From Takakia lepidozioides (taxonomy: Eukaryota > Plantae > Bryophyta): a stretch of 64,000 nt of DNA. A program made the translations under genes and the position numbers. The stretch is from positions 12,462,001 through 12,526,000 of the forward strand of contig CM060733.1 of the NCBI GenBank assembly GCA_030704615.1. The letters are read 5' to 3'. Positions 62,275 to 64,000 of the stretch are shown here, in pieces (positions within the stretch are counted from its first letter, which is position 1; each line of letters starts with the position of its first letter). The notes under the pieces are model-generated. The model was not told the DNA's origin, made no database searches, and saw only the letters and a program-made list of their open reading frames with translations.

Positions 62275-63580
62275 GTTTAGACTCACAATGTGATTCTCTT
62301 ACCAAATATTATGGCAATATATTGAAAAAACAATAGTTTTTCCTTATTGTACCAAAAACAGACTCTTAAGGACTTATGAAGACTATAGCTTCTCTTTGTC
62401 GGATTGTCTTTAGCATCAGTAGTCTTTGTCTTGTCTTTGTACGTGAGGCATTACATGCTGATCACCTAGTGGAATGGAATGACAAGGGTGTGACCCGCCT
62501 AAAGGTCATGATAAATTCCATGTATATGTTTAGAGACACATAAACATATGTTGATCGTGTTGATTGCGTCAATAGACCACATAGAGAAGAAGTAAATGCG
62601 CGACATGTGGAGCCCTTATTGCAAGTTAATTATTTTAAAATCCATTTTTACGTTGTTTATCCAGCTCACAATGTGATTATCTTACCAAATATTATGGCAA
62701 TCTGTTAAAAAAGACAACAGTTTTTCCTTATTGGATCCTAGGCTGCACCAAAAGCAGAGTTTCAAGTACTTTTGAAGACTATAAGTTTCTCTTTGTCGGA
62801 TTGTCTCAGAGCATCAGTAAGGCTTTGTACATGAGGTGTTGGCCTATGACCCAACAGGCGTCTATGACCGAACACCCCATTAACGCTTCTGTCAGTGCCG
62901 ATGACCATACGCTGCTGGTCCTAAGATTGCCACTTGGCAAACAAATATTTGATAGAACCCTTCTGCGATTGGTCATAGGGCTGCACACAAGCATTCTGAT
63001 TGGTTCGACTTTGAAAGCCTATAACTTTGTGTAAAATTCATGAAATCAAATAGTTCCAAGTTTGTGGGTTGCCCCATACGTGGGACACCTTACGAGTTTT
63101 ACCCAAGGTAAAAATGACAAAAATTCACCATTGGATTTTTCACCATCGTTAAGTGAACGGTCATAGACCAACATACCCTAATCAAATCAATGGAATGGTG
63201 TGACCAGCCTAAAGGTCATGATAGATTCCATGTATATGTTTAGAGACACATAAACGCATGTTGATTGCCTCAATGAACCAAATAGAGAAGAAGCAAATGC
63301 CACATGGAAGCCCTTATTGCAAGTTAATTATTTTAAAATCCATTTTTACGTTGTTTACCCTCACAATGTGATTCTCTTACCAATCTGTTAAAAAAGACAA
63401 CAGTTTTTCCTTATTGGATCCTAGGTTGCACCAAAAGCAGACTTTTAAGGACTTAGCTTTCTTTTTGTCGGATTGTCTACATGAGGCATTACATGCTAAG
63501 GGCCTTCCCACACGTGCGGCAGTAAGCGGCAGTGACGTGGGAAGCTTTTGGCTAGGATTATCGAGCACAACGTTATAGAG

Positions 63581-64000
63581 CAGTGTTGTTCTGGTATCAG
63601 TGTTAGGACATACCAGACTTGGTCCAGGTACCAGACGTATCACAAAAAATTTATACCAGTCTGGTCTATAATGGTGGATGTATAATTCTCTACATACTGA
63701 TATGAGTACGAGTATCATGACCACAATATCAGCTGGTACGAGATATCAATTCTGGTATCATTCCAAAGCCATCTTGAATTACAAGTTTATCACTAGCAAG
63801 TATCAAGTGAAAACAAATACAATATAAATAAAGAAATAAATATACATAAGTACAAGTATGTAGGCATATATACACATAAATTAATATAGTATACATACCA
63901 GAGTAAATGAGGAAGACGGCGGGGAAGTACTGGTATTGAGGCTGGTATGAAAAAACTGATACCAGCCTGGTCTGGTATATGACCCAGTATTCTCCCCAAT
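63581..64000. mobile_element. Probable start of another non-autonomous hAT-like element, truncated by the window end
   Basis: Begins CAGTGTTG (and again CAGTGTTAG) and is followed by many GGTAT/ATACC motifs. The other end is not visible. Confidence 0.4.

Larger units (their letters stand above)
61117..63500 (+). repeat. Three degenerate direct copies of a non-coding unit (starting ~61117, ~62577, ~63278); the first is split by the hAT element
   Basis: ATAGAGAAGAAG.AAATGC...CCCTTATTGCAA...TATTTTAAAATCCATTTTTAC.TTGTTTA...CTCACAATGTGATT.TCTTACCAA occurs three times. Confidence 0.8.

Overview
Eukaryotic nuclear DNA from a land plant, probably a non-seed plant (inferred from the intron-rich genes, the PLS-DYW style and the transposon types). 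Host genes are the 3' part of an endosomal NHX5/6-type Na+/H+ exchanger (+, to ~6.5 kb), a conserved plant protein of unknown function (-, 7.9-12.5 kb) and the splicing factor U2AF35 (+, 51.7-53.8 kb). The 13-37 kb interval is a transposon stack: SINEs, an L1 3' fragment, a MITE interrupted by a 12.6-kb CACTA element with intact ends (TIRs plus ATA target duplication), a pogo/Fot1-like element with an open transposase ORF, an RLE-type LINE fragment and a Helitron-like repeat. The standout is a ~12.2-kb palindrome (37636-49884, 20-bp spacer) with a PLS-PPR-DYW cytidine-deaminase gene facing outward on each arm. Upstream of each PPR array are small exons encoding the ssDNA-binding 'PDF' motif of OSB (organellar single-stranded DNA-binding) proteins. 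On the left arm these exons splice in phase into a predicted 1199-aa PDF-PDF-PPR-DYW fusion. On the right arm they are disabled by a deletion and a stop. A degenerate copy of the same PDF exons is also carried inside the nearby CACTA element, which additionally encodes an FCP1/NIF phosphatase-like domain. All splice models are my manual readings of the sequence and have no expression support.
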